Shown here in pieces: positions 1 to 11,092 of a stretch of 64,000 bases of DNA (positions are counted from its first letter, which is position 1; each line of letters starts with the position of its first letter). The stretch spans positions 1,216,001 to 1,280,000 of the forward strand of contig CAWDSK010000005.1 of the NCBI GenBank assembly GCA_963804995.1. Direction: 5' to 3'. Made by a program: the position numbers and the translations under genes. This stretch comes from an uncultured Acidobacteriota bacterium (GTDB lineage: Bacteria > Acidobacteriota > Terriglobia > UBA7540). The notes below the pieces were generated by a model that had not been told where the DNA came from, ran no database searches, and saw nothing but the letters and a program-made list of their open reading frames with translations.

Positions 1-189
1 CCGGGAGATGGAAGAAACCATACGGAGTCTCCTCCCCCCCCAAGGCCGGCACGGATTCGAAGTTTGAGCCGGTTACACCATTATTAGCAATTCAATAGAG
101 GGCAAGCACATGGCAAACGCCATGGAGATGACCCACACGAGGTTCGAAGAATCCGCTCCCGTGCATCGCGGCGCAGAACGCCCCTCGCA

Positions 190-440
190 GGGGAAGATTT
201 GATCGTTGATGATGAGCAGACGATCAGAGAACTGCCCTCGAGTGCCTTGAGGTCAAAAGTCTTCGACTGCCGAAATTGTTTGCACGGTCGGAAACCCCGC
301 CATCCCTGGAACCGCAATCCTTCGACGAGGTGATTCCCGACCTTCATATGCGGGAAGTCGCTGGCCTGGACCTACTGCCACGGGTTCCCCGGACGCATCC
401 TCACATAGCGCTTCTGATGGCGCTGGCGAAGGTTGAGCAT
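190..440 (+). pseudogene. Degenerate response-regulator receiver domain remnant
   Basis: One frame reads LIVDDEQTIREL then stops; another reads SFDEVIPDLHMREVAGLDLL...HPHIALLMA. These are receiver beta1/beta3 motifs split by stops and frameshifts. Confidence 0.5.
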
Positions 441-980
441 CATTCGGGGGAGTTATTTCCAACCGCTGCAAATGGCAGTTCCCATTTGACCCCGCCAACG
501 ACTTCCTACCAATGGTGCCCTGTTTCACCAAGCCTGCCGGAGTGCTGCATCATGGTCATCTGGCTATTAAAGTATTACTTGCGGGGGCTGTGCCATCTTG
601 AGACACTTTCCAGCCCACGCGACACTTTGCGTGAAAAGCTGGACATAACGAAAGTTACGATTTCACTGTATTTAATAGAAAGCATAGCCTGCTAACGGCA
701 CTATTAAACACTTTCTAATAATGGAGAACCGCGTGCAATTGAGATAGGTCGTTCCCATGCACCCGCCGGGAGGTGCCACGCAAGATTCGCCGTTCGGCGG
801 AACCACTCATCTAAGTGGCAGGGGCGAAGCCATAACTCAGTTTGGAAATGCCCGCCCGGGGACTGCGGCAAGAGCTCACACAGAAGATGCTCGGGCCCGA
901 TTGTAGAATAATCTGAAGGACGTTCGGCGCAGTTTTCGCAGGCACGGGGCAATAATCAGCGAGCCTTTTTGTTCCTGGAT

Positions 981-2306
981 ATGTCCTCTATGACTATGTC
1001 GTGGGTTTCCTTGCGGAATTCCCTGGAAGGCAAGCTGATCCACCCTCTGGTCCGGAACACCCTTTGGTCGCTGGGCGGCTTTGGGATGCGCCTGCTGATT
1101 CAGGCCGCTTACTTCATCATTATGGCGCGCTGCCTGGGTCCGGGGCAGTATGGAGGGTTCATTGCTGCCACGGCACTCACGGCAGTGATCTCGCCTTTTG
1201 TCGGCCTGGGATATGGCTTCTTGCTCATCAAGAATGTGGCACGGGACAGGAACCTGTTCTCGGAGTACTGGGGCAACGGCCTGATGATGACACTCGTTTC
1301 AGGGAGCGTGCTTACCTTCCTCGCCATGGCACTCTGCCGGCTGGTCCTCCCTCGCTCAATTCCGATGCTTGTGATCACTCTCATCAGCGTTTCCGACCTC
1401 ATCTTTGTGAAATTCCTGGACATGGGAGCCTGGGCCTTTCAAAGCGTCGAACGTCTCTCGGGAAACGCCCAACTGAACGTCCTGGTAAGCCTGACCCGTC
1501 TCATCGGCATTGCGAGTTTGGCCCTCGCAGTTTCTCATCCCGGTGTTAAGGCCTGGTCAGCGGTTTACTTGGCGGGATCAATTCTGGCGGCACTGATTGC
1601 CGTTGCCTGGGTCACATCCAGCTTGGGAAAACCGAAACTTGCCCTGCATCGCATCCGGGGAGAAGGCGCCGAGGGCTTCTATTTCTCCGTCAGCCTCTCC
1701 GCTCAGTCCATCTACAACGATATCGACAAGACGATGGTAGCAAGGCTGGCCACCCTTGAGGCAGCGGGCGTCTATGCCGCGGCCTACCGCCTGATCGACG
1801 TTGCGTTTATCCCTGTGCGCGCCCTCTTGAGTGCCGCTTATCCCAGCTTCTTCCGCAATGGCAAGGACGGTTTGGGATCAACCCTTCGGTACAGCCGATG
1901 GTTGCTGATTCGGATCATTCCGTACTCACTGTTCACATTCATGGCTCTGCTGCTCGGCGCCCCCTTGGTACCGCGGATCCTCGGGCATCAATACGCCGAC
2001 GTTACAGAAGCCCTGCGCTGGCTCGCCCTGTTGCCGTTATTAAAAACACTGCACTATTTCATCGCTGATGCGCTTACTGGCGCGGGTCACCAAGGAACGC
2101 GAACACTCATCCAGATCGGTGTGGCCGTATTCAATATTCTTATCAATTTGTGGCTTATCCCGGCATACGGGTGGCGCGGCGCAGCTTGGTCGAGCATTGC
2201 CAGCGACGGACTTCTGGCTTTGAGCTTGTGGTTTATCGTGACCCTTTTGCACCGCCACGAGCGGTCCGCGTGCAGCCCAACGGCTGTTGCGGAGGTTCTC
2301 GCGTGA
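981..2306 (+). CDS. wzx: Wzx-type polysaccharide flippase (MOP/PST family)
   Basis: About 12 hydrophobic segments; ARCLGPGQYG, IYNDIDKTMV..AAGVYAAAYRL and LIPAYGWRGAAWS motifs. Start uncertain (ATG 981 chosen). Confidence 0.85.
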   Translation: MSSMTMSWVSLRNSLEGKLIHPLVRNTLWSLGGFGMRLLIQAAYFIIMARCLGPGQYGGFIAATALTAVISPFVGLGYGFLLIKNVARDRNLFSEYWGNGLMMTLVSGSVLTFLAMALCRLVLPRSIPMLVITLISVSDLIFVKFLDMGAWAFQSVERLSGNAQLNVLVSLTRLIGIASLALAVSHPGVKAWSAVYLAGSILAALIAVAWVTSSLGKPKLALHRIRGEGAEGFYFSVSLSAQSIYNDIDKTMVARLATLEAAGVYAAAYRLIDVAFIPVRALLSAAYPSFFRNGKDGLGSTLRYSRWLLIRIIPYSLFTFMALLLGAPLVPRILGHQYADVTEALRWLALLPLLKTLHYFIADALTGAGHQGTRTLIQIGVAVFNILINLWLIPAYGWRGAAWSSIASDGLLALSLWFIVTLLHRHERSACSPTAVAEVLA

Positions 2307-2384
2307 TTGACATTCGAAACACAAGGGAAGATCACCGTTCATTCCACGTCCCGATGGTAAACCACACCATTTATCCCAACTCCT

Positions 2385-3629
2385 ATGCTTAAACAAATCG
2401 AGAAAATATTCACGGTCGCCATGCTCCTTTATTGCACCGTGGGATTGCTCCCGGCTATTACCGGCGATCCCGGTGACACTGCGCAGGGGGGCGGGAATCC
2501 ACTTGAGTTGCCCGTCCAGGTGGCTTTCTATACTGTGGCGTTCTGTTTCATCGTCCCACACTGGCGAACAGTCATGCGGGGCGCGTGGAAAGCCAAGTGG
2601 ATCCTTCTGCTCGTCCTCGTCGCCGCACTATCCTCGGTCTGGTCGCAGTCCCCGCTCTTCACGCTGAGACGCAGCACGGTAATGCTCGCAACCACTGTGT
2701 TTGGGATCTATTTTGGGAGCCGCTTTACGGTTCCCCAGCAATTGCGTTTGCTGGGGTGGACCTGCGCGCTTATCGTCTTCTCGACCTTCTTCATCGCAAT
2801 CTTCCTTCCCCATTACGGGGTCGAACACGTTTGGTCCCCCGGCGCCTGGCGGGGAGCATTCATGCAAAAGAATGCGCTCGCAAGGGCTATGGTGCTCTCG
2901 ATACTCGTGTTTTACTTCGCGCGGCCGCCCGCCGGCTGGTGGGTACGCTGGGTGGGAATTGCTGGGGCTTTGTGCCTGCTCGTGCTTTCCAAATCGGCAA
3001 CCGGCGCCGTGGTGTTTTCGGTAATGGTTGCGACTCTGCCCTTGTACAGATTGGCGCGAACCAAGTTTACTTTCGCCATACCTGTATTCATTGTTGTGGG
3101 TGCTGCCGCCGTCGGATCGGGATTCCTGCTCTACACGATTCTGCCTTCACTGCTCGGGTTACTCCAACGAGACACCTCCCTGACGGGACGAACTGAAGTG
3201 TGGCATGCCCTCCTGCTCGCGGTCGCGAAGCGCCCCTGGCTCGGATATGGATTCAACGCCTTTTGGACGGCAGAAGGGGAATCCTCGATGGTAGTACAGC
3301 AGGTGAACTGGTTTGTGGGAGGCGGGCACAACGGATTCCTCGACGTAACACTTGACTTGGGCATCCTAGGGCTGAGCATATTTGTTGCGGGTTATGTCTC
3401 CATATGCCGCCGCGCCTTGCTTCTCATGCGGAAAACCACAGGCGCTGTTCCCATCTGGCTTTGCACGTATCTCGCTTTCATCCTCCTTTATAGTTTTACT
3501 GAAAGCACTGTCTTTCGCCAGACCAGTATCTTCTGGATCCTTTATACATCAACGGCAGTGTGCGTTTCTGTTTATGTCCCCACGTCCGCCCCACCAGCGA
3601 TCAATCTTGCACACCCAGAGGGAACATAA
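2385..3629 (+). CDS. Wzy/O-antigen ligase-like polysaccharide polymerase (ExoQ-like)
   Basis: Multi-TM protein with WRGAFMQKN, LSKSATG, LTGRTEVW, PWLGYG and HNGFLD motifs (Wzy_C). Confidence 0.85.
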   Translation: MLKQIEKIFTVAMLLYCTVGLLPAITGDPGDTAQGGGNPLELPVQVAFYTVAFCFIVPHWRTVMRGAWKAKWILLLVLVAALSSVWSQSPLFTLRRSTVMLATTVFGIYFGSRFTVPQQLRLLGWTCALIVFSTFFIAIFLPHYGVEHVWSPGAWRGAFMQKNALARAMVLSILVFYFARPPAGWWVRWVGIAGALCLLVLSKSATGAVVFSVMVATLPLYRLARTKFTFAIPVFIVVGAAAVGSGFLLYTILPSLLGLLQRDTSLTGRTEVWHALLLAVAKRPWLGYGFNAFWTAEGESSMVVQQVNWFVGGGHNGFLDVTLDLGILGLSIFVAGYVSICRRALLLMRKTTGAVPIWLCTYLAFILLYSFTESTVFRQTSIFWILYTSTAVCVSVYVPTSAPPAINLAHPEGT

Positions 3630-5038
3630 TGCTTTTCGATACGCCCATATTTTTCGTCTTTTTGACCCTGGTGGTGTCCGTCTATTGGAGATTCGGACGC
3701 AGAAAGCAGAACATATTTCTCCTCGCCGCCAGCTATTTCTTTTACGGATGGTGGGACTGGCGCTTCCTTTTTCTGATGGCAGGTTCGACGCTCATCGATT
3801 TCACCATCGCGAGGAAAATCGGCGGTAGCGCCAACCCAAAACTTCGAAAGGCCCTTCTTATCGCCTCCCTGTTTCTCAACTTCGGGTTCCTCTGTTATTT
3901 CAAATACCTTCATTTCTTCCTGGACTCGTTTTCGCGGCTGGTTTCAACCCTGGGGGTCCACAATATCCCCTTGGTCATGATGCAGATTATTCTTCCGCCC
4001 GCGATTTCTTTCTACACCTTCCAGGAGGTGGCGTATATCGTCGACGTGTATAAAGGCGAGATTGAACCCGCGGATTCGCTGGTCGACTACGCGTTGTTTA
4101 TCAGCCTGTTCCCGCACCTGATTGCCGGACCTATCCAGCGGCCTTCACATCTGTTGCCGCAGGTTCAGAGGCCGCGGGTCTTCCGGCCGGAGGCATTCTT
4201 TTCCGGGTGCCTTTTGATCATTTCCGGTCTGGTCAGAAAGTGCGTTGTTGCCGACAGTTGTGCCGTGCTTGCCAATGCGGCATTTGGCGGACAAATGGGC
4301 TTCGGGTGGGCGGCGACCGTGATCGGAACCTTGGCATTCGCATTCCAGATTTACGGCGACTTCAGCGGCTACAGTGATATAGCTCGGGGAGCTGCCCAAC
4401 TGATGGGGTTCCATTTCATGGTCAATTTCCGGCAGCCTTACCTGGCCACCAGCCTACAAGACTTTTGGAGACGCTGGCATATCAGCTTGAGCACCTGGCT
4501 GCGTGACTACCTCTACATCCCTCTGGGAGGCAACCGGAAGGGCGAACCCCGAACCTACATAAACCTGCTGATCACCATGCTGCTGGGGGGGTTATGGCAT
4601 GGAGCCAACTGGACGTTCGTCATCTGGGGTCTCCTCCATGGCGGAGCGCTCGCTGTTGAGCGGGCGATGGGTAGCGCTCGCCGCGAGGCCACAACCTCAA
4701 GCTGGTTCTGGCGCTGGGTTAAAAGAATCGTGGTCTTTCAATTCGTGTGCCTGACCTGGATTTTCTTCCGTGCCGCATCCCTGGGGGATGCCATTCAGTT
4801 CATCGGCAATCTGTTTCGAAGGTCGACAACTCCCGATCTCCTGCCCCCCTTCTTCTTCCTGGCGTTCTTCGTGGCCATCATCATGGCCATGGATCTAATG
4901 GTGGAGCAAAGCGGCGGAGAGTATGTCTTCCAAAACCTTTCGCCCCAGATCCAAATCGCCACGGCGGTTGCCGGACTCCTCATGGTCGCATTTCTTTCCA
5001 CCGGAGGAACAAGTGCATTCATCTATTTCCAGTTTTGA
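3629..5038 (+). CDS. MBOAT O-acyltransferase (AlgI/DltB-like)
   Basis: ISFYTFQ, FPHLIAGPI, QIYGDFSGYSDIA, FWRRWHISLSTWLRDYLYIPLGG, GLWHGANWTF. ATG overlaps the upstream TAA. Confidence 0.93.
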   Translation: MLFDTPIFFVFLTLVVSVYWRFGRRKQNIFLLAASYFFYGWWDWRFLFLMAGSTLIDFTIARKIGGSANPKLRKALLIASLFLNFGFLCYFKYLHFFLDSFSRLVSTLGVHNIPLVMMQIILPPAISFYTFQEVAYIVDVYKGEIEPADSLVDYALFISLFPHLIAGPIQRPSHLLPQVQRPRVFRPEAFFSGCLLIISGLVRKCVVADSCAVLANAAFGGQMGFGWAATVIGTLAFAFQIYGDFSGYSDIARGAAQLMGFHFMVNFRQPYLATSLQDFWRRWHISLSTWLRDYLYIPLGGNRKGEPRTYINLLITMLLGGLWHGANWTFVIWGLLHGGALAVERAMGSARREATTSSWFWRWVKRIVVFQFVCLTWIFFRAASLGDAIQFIGNLFRRSTTPDLLPPFFFLAFFVAIIMAMDLMVEQSGGEYVFQNLSPQIQIATAVAGLLMVAFLSTGGTSAFIYFQF

Positions 5039-5072
5039 GACTACCGAGTCTTACGGCGCCACAAGGGAGAGC

Positions 5073-5978
5073 GTGATCGAACACCGCCACGTGGTTCTAC
5101 TCCTTGCCGCCATCGCGATCATATGCACTCTGGTCGAATTGGCGACCAATGTGTGGTCACATTCCATTAACAAATATGGCCGGCAAGTGGAAGCGGAATA
5201 TGCTGAAGCCGTCGGCTTGCGCTCCGGCGCAGAGGGTATACAAAAGTCCGTGCTGATTGTGGGAAATTCAACTCTGCGCTGTGGGGTGGATGTCCGAGAT
5301 CTCCGCAATCAAGTCCAGCCGGACTTGGATGCTCACACCCTTTCACTCAACAGCACCCTGATTGAAGACTGGCATTTCGCCTTAAGAGAACTCTTTCGTA
5401 AGGGTGCGCGTCCCGATTTCGTAGTGCTGATGCTCCCGCCCAATCATGTTGGCTTCGTAGCGCCGATGCCGGAGGAAGCCACCTATTACCTGTTTGGCAT
5501 GCAGGATATCATGATGCTTCGAAGGGCTGAGGGGATCAGCCCCACGGCATTGTCCAACATCTTATTTGCACACTATAGCGCATTCTTTAGCCGCCGAACC
5601 CCTCTCCGACTCCGCGTAAAGAGTAGGCTGTTTCCAGGCTTTGAATCCGTGTCTCTCCGATACATGGTCAGAAGGCCCATTCCCGATTACCGTCCCGTCC
5701 CCAAGCGCTTCCGCGAGATCAAAACTTTGTGCGCTCAGAACGGAGCCCACCTTCTGTTCGTCATCCCCCCTACCCATCAAGAAAATGACGCTCTTGGAGC
5801 CCCGGTTGTTCTGGCAGCCGCTGAATCCGAAGGAATACCGGCATCCATGCCGGTGCCCAACGCTCAACTTAGCGGCGACAAGTATTCAGACGGCTACCAC
5901 CTCAACAGCGAAGGGCAAAAGATTTTCACGGCGGCCCTAGCCGAATTCCTCAGAAAGCAGGCTCGTCATGACCACTGA
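5073..5978 (+). CDS. SGNH-hydrolase-like partner of MBOAT (AlgJ/DltD-like)
   Basis: N-terminal TM anchor, IVGNST block I, C-terminal DGYHLN (DxxH); directly after the MBOAT gene. Confidence 0.7.
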   Translation: MIEHRHVVLLLAAIAIICTLVELATNVWSHSINKYGRQVEAEYAEAVGLRSGAEGIQKSVLIVGNSTLRCGVDVRDLRNQVQPDLDAHTLSLNSTLIEDWHFALRELFRKGARPDFVVLMLPPNHVGFVAPMPEEATYYLFGMQDIMMLRRAEGISPTALSNILFAHYSAFFSRRTPLRLRVKSRLFPGFESVSLRYMVRRPIPDYRPVPKRFREIKTLCAQNGAHLLFVIPPTHQENDALGAPVVLAAAESEGIPASMPVPNAQLSGDKYSDGYHLNSEGQKIFTAALAEFLRKQARHDH

Positions 5979-6963
5979 GCAATCAGCCCCCATCCAACCG
6001 GAAGACTTGCTGGAAGCTTCCGTGACCCTCATCCCTTTGCGGGCGCAGACGCAGATCGCAGTTTGCATCCCAACCTACAAGCGGCCGGAGGGTCTGCGCC
6101 GCTTGCTGGCGGCTCTTGAAACCCAGGAACCTTTGCCCGGCTGCCAGATCACCATCGTCGTCGTGGATAATGAAGCCTCCCCGCAAACGAAGGCAATCTG
6201 CGATGAATTTGCCGCCAGGTCGATGTATCCGCTTAACTATTGCGGCGAGCCGCGGCGGGGTATTTCCCATGTGAGGAACAAGTCTGTCGAGATTGCAGCG
6301 GGATTTGCCGATACACTTGTGTTTATCGATGATGACGAAGTGCCTTCCCCAGAGTGGCTAAGACATCTGGCAACTTGCCAGCGAACTTATGGAGCGGATG
6401 TGGTGTCCGGACCTGTCATCCCCCGCTTTATGTCCAAAGTCCCGCCATGGATCAGTGCAGGGAGATTCTTCGAGAGACCTCGTTACGCAACTGGTACGGC
6501 GCTGCCGGAGGCCCGCACTGGTAATGTGCTGATACGCATGGAGGTGTTTCGCCGCATCGGGCTTTTTGATGATCGTTTCGATCTAACCGGCGGTGAAGAC
6601 TGGGATTTCTTCGTGCGGCTCCATGAATCGGGGGGACTCATCTTCTGGGCCGACGAAGCAGTCGTAGATGAATGGGTTCCCCCTTCGCGTACCACGTTGA
6701 AATACGTTCTTCAGCGGGCGTACCGGACAGGAAGCGTTATTTCCTTTCGCACCTCCCAGTCACAATCCCATCTGCAAAAGTCGATCTCGGTCGCCCGTAG
6801 TATCCTTTGCGGCATTAAGAGGACTGGCCTTCTGATTGCCTCGCTTACACGCGACAGATCGGAAGTGGTTAAGGCTCTGCAAAATGTGTACTGCTGTGCT
6901 GGACTTGTCGCCGGTGCATTTGGGATGCGCTACGAACAGTATCGCACGGTCCATTCAGCCTGA
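5968..6963 (+). CDS. Glycosyltransferase family 2 (ExoM-like)
   Basis: CIPTYKRP, VVDN, FIDDDE, GGED motifs. Confidence 0.9.
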   Translation: MTTEQSAPIQPEDLLEASVTLIPLRAQTQIAVCIPTYKRPEGLRRLLAALETQEPLPGCQITIVVVDNEASPQTKAICDEFAARSMYPLNYCGEPRRGISHVRNKSVEIAAGFADTLVFIDDDEVPSPEWLRHLATCQRTYGADVVSGPVIPRFMSKVPPWISAGRFFERPRYATGTALPEARTGNVLIRMEVFRRIGLFDDRFDLTGGEDWDFFVRLHESGGLIFWADEAVVDEWVPPSRTTLKYVLQRAYRTGSVISFRTSQSQSHLQKSISVARSILCGIKRTGLLIASLTRDRSEVVKALQNVYCCAGLVAGAFGMRYEQYRTVHSA

Positions 6964-7168
6964 TTACTCCACCACAGCCAATTGAACCTCGGGGCTTAGT
7001 GCTTACCCGGGCTCTTCCTGATCGACAACCATCATCAAAGCACCACCACCCATCGAGAACAAGCTCAGGCTCTTAAAGCCATCTACGAACATGCGATCGA
7101 TGAACGTCGCCGCGCCGGAAAGACCGTGAAATCACGGTACCCGGAAATCTCCCACTGGAGTGCCACAC

Positions 7169-8095
7169 ATGAGTGAAAAACCATTAGTCAGTGCCGTCAT
7201 TCCCACATGCAACCGCCCCGACATGGTCAAGCGAGCTGTGCATTCAGCGCTAAACCAGACGTATCCCCATATGGAAGTCGTGGTGGTGATCGACGGTCCC
7301 GACGATTGCACCGGCAAGGAATTGGCAACGATTTCCGATTCTCGATTGCGCATTATTGAACTTCCCCAGCGAGTGGGCGGTTCCGATGCGCGCAATCGGG
7401 GGATGGAGTCTGCCCGCGGCGAGTGGCTTGCACTGCTTGATGACGACGACGAATGGCTGCCGGAGAAAACTGACGTTCAAATGAGGCTGGCGGAAAGATC
7501 GTCTTTTCGTTATCCCATTGTCAGTTCCAGGCTATACCTCCGGACATCCCAATACGAACAGGTATGGCCTCGCGATATCCCGTCCACACCGATCTGTGAA
7601 TACCTGTTCGTCCGCAAACAGTGGTCGTACGGGCGAGGTTTGCTTTCTACCATCACGCTGCTGTTCCCAAAGGACCTCTACAGGCTTGTGCCGTTCAAGA
7701 GCGGCCTGCCCCGGCACCAGGATCTCAACTGGCTGTTGCGAGCTACCCAAGAGGATGGAGCAGGAATCGAGTTTGCGCCCGAGCCACTGGCGGTTTGGCA
7801 CAGGGCAGAACACAGGAAGAGTGTTAGTTCCACCGCGAGCTGGCGGGGTTCATATGAATGGATCCATAGCGTCCGCGACATGATCACTCCGCGCGCGTAT
7901 GGAAGTTTTATTGCTTCCGACGTTGCATGGCAGGCCGCCGCCCAGCACGCCTGGGGCTCCTTTTTCCCCCTGCTGTGGGAAGCTTGGGGCCAGGGTAAGC
8001 TGAAGCCCGCCGACGTCATGCGGTACACGGGCTTCTGGCTGGCCCCCCCTGCGTTGCGCTCGGCCCTCAAATCACTCCTCCTTGCAGTCTGCTAA
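7169..8095 (+). CDS. Glycosyltransferase family 2
   Basis: SAVIPTCNRP, VIDG, ARNRG, LLDDDDEW, HQD. Confidence 0.9.
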   Translation: MSEKPLVSAVIPTCNRPDMVKRAVHSALNQTYPHMEVVVVIDGPDDCTGKELATISDSRLRIIELPQRVGGSDARNRGMESARGEWLALLDDDDEWLPEKTDVQMRLAERSSFRYPIVSSRLYLRTSQYEQVWPRDIPSTPICEYLFVRKQWSYGRGLLSTITLLFPKDLYRLVPFKSGLPRHQDLNWLLRATQEDGAGIEFAPEPLAVWHRAEHRKSVSSTASWRGSYEWIHSVRDMITPRAYGSFIASDVAWQAAAQHAWGSFFPLLWEAWGQGKLKPADVMRYTGFWLAPPALRSALKSLLLAVC

Positions 8096-8099
8096 TCAA

Positions 8100-9089
8100 A
8101 TGGCCCCTCTACTCACAGTTGGCATTCCCGTTTACAACGGCATGCCCTTCCTCCCGGAAGCAGTTGAGAGCATACTTAGCCAGCCTTTTGATGATTATGA
8201 GCTCCTCGTCATCAATGATGGCTCAACTGACGGCTCCTGGGATTACCTCAAATCTCTTCGCAACCCACACCTACGGCTGATCTCGCAGGACAACCGGGGC
8301 CTCACCGCAACATTGAATCGTATGCTTGAAGAGGCACGCGCCCCCTGGCTGGTAAGGCTGGACGCGGACGATGTCGCGTGCCCGAACCGCTTGCAACTCG
8401 TTGCCGAACACATAAACCGGCGGCCTGAAAGCGGAATGTTCTACTCGCGCGCCAGGCATCATCAACACGCCAGCGCCGTTTCCCTTGTACGTAGCACTGA
8501 AGCAACTTCATCAGAACTGCGTACCCAGACGCAAATGGGGTATTTATTATCGATCTGCCACTCCAGCGTGGTCTTGAATGTGCGGAAGGCACTATCGCTC
8601 GGCGGCTACCGGTTCAATCTGCAAATTGAGGATGTCGACCTGTGGTGGCGCATGGCCTTGACCTACGAAATGATTTTTATACCCGAAATTACTGTGGCTT
8701 ATCGCCTTAATGCGGGTAGCATTTGCGCCATACACCTGGGTGAGCTTGAATCCCACACACTTTTCGTACAGTACCTGCTTTTGTCGCAACTATGGAATGT
8801 GAAACCCCTCCCCTACATCCAGGTTCAGCCAGTCTTGCAGTCCTTCCTCCACCGGCGAAGGTTGATCTATCGCGAGCAAATGTGGCGGGCTGCCATATTA
8901 CTTAGTGCCCGGAAGTATGGACAAGCAGCGGGCCGTATGGCGGTTGCGGCATGCATCGCTCCAATTCGTTTTCTCCAGCGGACCCTTTATCCTCTACACC
9001 GGCCTTCAATGATCAGGATTGGCGAACCGCCTCAGGCTTTTCGAAGAATGCGCGGCCAACTCTGGCCAACGTCCGCCATCGAGGATTAA
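8100..9089 (+). CDS. Glycosyltransferase family 2
   Basis: IPVYNG, INDGSTD, RLDADD, IEDVDLW. Confidence 0.9.
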   Translation: MAPLLTVGIPVYNGMPFLPEAVESILSQPFDDYELLVINDGSTDGSWDYLKSLRNPHLRLISQDNRGLTATLNRMLEEARAPWLVRLDADDVACPNRLQLVAEHINRRPESGMFYSRARHHQHASAVSLVRSTEATSSELRTQTQMGYLLSICHSSVVLNVRKALSLGGYRFNLQIEDVDLWWRMALTYEMIFIPEITVAYRLNAGSICAIHLGELESHTLFVQYLLLSQLWNVKPLPYIQVQPVLQSFLHRRRLIYREQMWRAAILLSARKYGQAAGRMAVAACIAPIRFLQRTLYPLHRPSMIRIGEPPQAFRRMRGQLWPTSAIED

Positions 9090-9321
9090 GGTTAGCCTCG
9101 TTCCCCCTGAGAATTCCAATGAGTTGAGGTCAGAGGAAATACTATGATTTGCAAGCCAGCACGCCGAATCAGAAATTCCGTCACGGGACGCCTGGAGTTT
9201 ATCAGCCATTCGAAACTCAACCGCGGCGAAACGGAGTGTCGCGACTCACCTGGACGATTACACTCTTGCGTAATTCTTTTGAATGAATCTTGTTGTTGGG
9301 TAGCGCCTCCAGGGGAGGCCT

Positions 9322-10554
9322 ATGGCACTTGACACATCCCGCCCCAGACTCCCGGCTTTGACCGGTCTGCGGTTTTTTGCCGCACTCTACGTCGTTTTGT
9401 TCCACTTGAAGGCAACGAGAATTGCTTTCCAGAGCGGTTTGGCCGGTTCAATCATACAGTTGGGCTATACCGGTGTGAGCCTGTTCTTTGTGCTCTCCGG
9501 ATTCATCCTTGTTTACACCTACCAGGGACGGGGCATGCCACTTGGACAGTTCTTCCGGGCACGATTTGCCCGCGTTTATCCCGCCTATGCCTTCTCGCTG
9601 GTCGTGATGGCGCACGCCTTTTATCGTGGTATGTACTTCTTTAAGCCCGTACGCCTGACCTGGGGTGCATCCCATCCTCTAGTCTCAACGCTGAGTGTGC
9701 TCACGCTGGTGCAATCGTGGATTCCACTGGGAGCGTCAGCTTGGAACAACGTCGCGTGGAGCCTCTCCGTCGAAACATTCTTTTACTTGGCCTTCCCTTT
9801 CGTTTTAAGTTGGTTGGGGCGCCGCAACAAGTCTCATATCTTTCAATTACTGCTCCTTTTCTGGCTGGCCAGCCTTGCTGTTTCCACCAGCTACGTGTTG
9901 TTGAAGCCGGACGGCCTGGGGCTGACTGATTCGAGCGTGGTAAATGCGACGTGGCTGAACGTGGTCAAGTTCAATCCCTTGGCGCGGCTGCCAGAGTTTC
10001 TCATGGGTATGTGTGGCGCCATGCTGTTTCTGCGAAACGCAGTCAGCCGGAAGCTCGCTACCCCGTTGGTGCTGGGAGCATTGGCCGGACTCCTGGCGGT
10101 TGCCTATTTTTCGCCGGCGATTCCCTATCCGATTCTCCACACCGGATTATTGAGCGGTATCTTCGCCGCTTTGGTCTATGGTCTCGCTTTGGGTCCGAGT
10201 TGGACGAAATTCCTAAATGCCCGCATCCTGGCGGTCCTCGGGGATGCGAGTTATAGTCTTTATCTGCTGCACAACTACGTGCTGACACACATTCTCGTGC
10301 GGGAGCAGGGCCGCCTCCTGCATACCTCGGTGCCGTGGGTCGTTCTGGCGGTGGCGGTGGCGGTCGCCATGGCCATTGGCGTCTACGAATTCGTTGAGGA
10401 ACCGCTGCGGCGCAAACTGAACCCGCGCCGGCATCCAGGCCAAGTGGCGCAAGCCCAACCGGCCGAAGGAAAACGGCCCGCCATATCTGGCAGGTCGGGC
10501 GATAAACCCGTCGATGGCAACTCCCCTGGTTGCCTGGTTTCGAGCGGCGGGTAG
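9322..10554 (+). CDS. Acyltransferase family 3 (OafA/ExoZ-like)
   Basis: LTGLRFFAA, GVSLFFVLSGF, RFARVYP, WSLSVE, LGDASYSLYLLH, YEFVEEP. Confidence 0.92.
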   Translation: MALDTSRPRLPALTGLRFFAALYVVLFHLKATRIAFQSGLAGSIIQLGYTGVSLFFVLSGFILVYTYQGRGMPLGQFFRARFARVYPAYAFSLVVMAHAFYRGMYFFKPVRLTWGASHPLVSTLSVLTLVQSWIPLGASAWNNVAWSLSVETFFYLAFPFVLSWLGRRNKSHIFQLLLLFWLASLAVSTSYVLLKPDGLGLTDSSVVNATWLNVVKFNPLARLPEFLMGMCGAMLFLRNAVSRKLATPLVLGALAGLLAVAYFSPAIPYPILHTGLLSGIFAALVYGLALGPSWTKFLNARILAVLGDASYSLYLLHNYVLTHILVREQGRLLHTSVPWVVLAVAVAVAMAIGVYEFVEEPLRRKLNPRRHPGQVAQAQPAEGKRPAISGRSGDKPVDGNSPGCLVSSGG

Positions 10555-11092
10555 CTGGTAGCAGAACCTCATGTTAGTCTTCCCCTCTCTCCTTAGGAAT
10601 CGATCCCCAATAACATGTCCAGTTATGGAACACTTTCAGGCCCATTCGTACAGTGTGTCCAAGCTTCTCAGCCCTATCATTGAATTCTAACGGCTTGTAT
10701 ATCAGTGCGTTAATGAATTCTTTCGAAATCATCACAGATGGTGAATAACGTGCTCCTAGGGTAGGTGGGCACGAAATAGTTTACCGGATTTGCAAAACCT
10801 TTCGGCAGGGGCTCACGGCTAACTGAGCATGGCGAAGCCCTGCAATAATCCCCACAAGACGAGAGAAGGCCATCGAGTCGGCGTTCAATATCGAATGTCC
10901 CTTTCTGCATTGGCCCAGTGCTCACCTATTCACAGGAAAATGCTCATCCCGTCGGGGCCGCCGGAGTTTCGCTCATAAGTGCGAAACACTTCAACCTGCG
11001 TAGGCATGGACAACCTTAATCCAAAGTTCCACGTTCGGCCCATTAATTCAGTTCACGACAAGATTGAACGGCCGGTTTTCGAGGCGACAAAC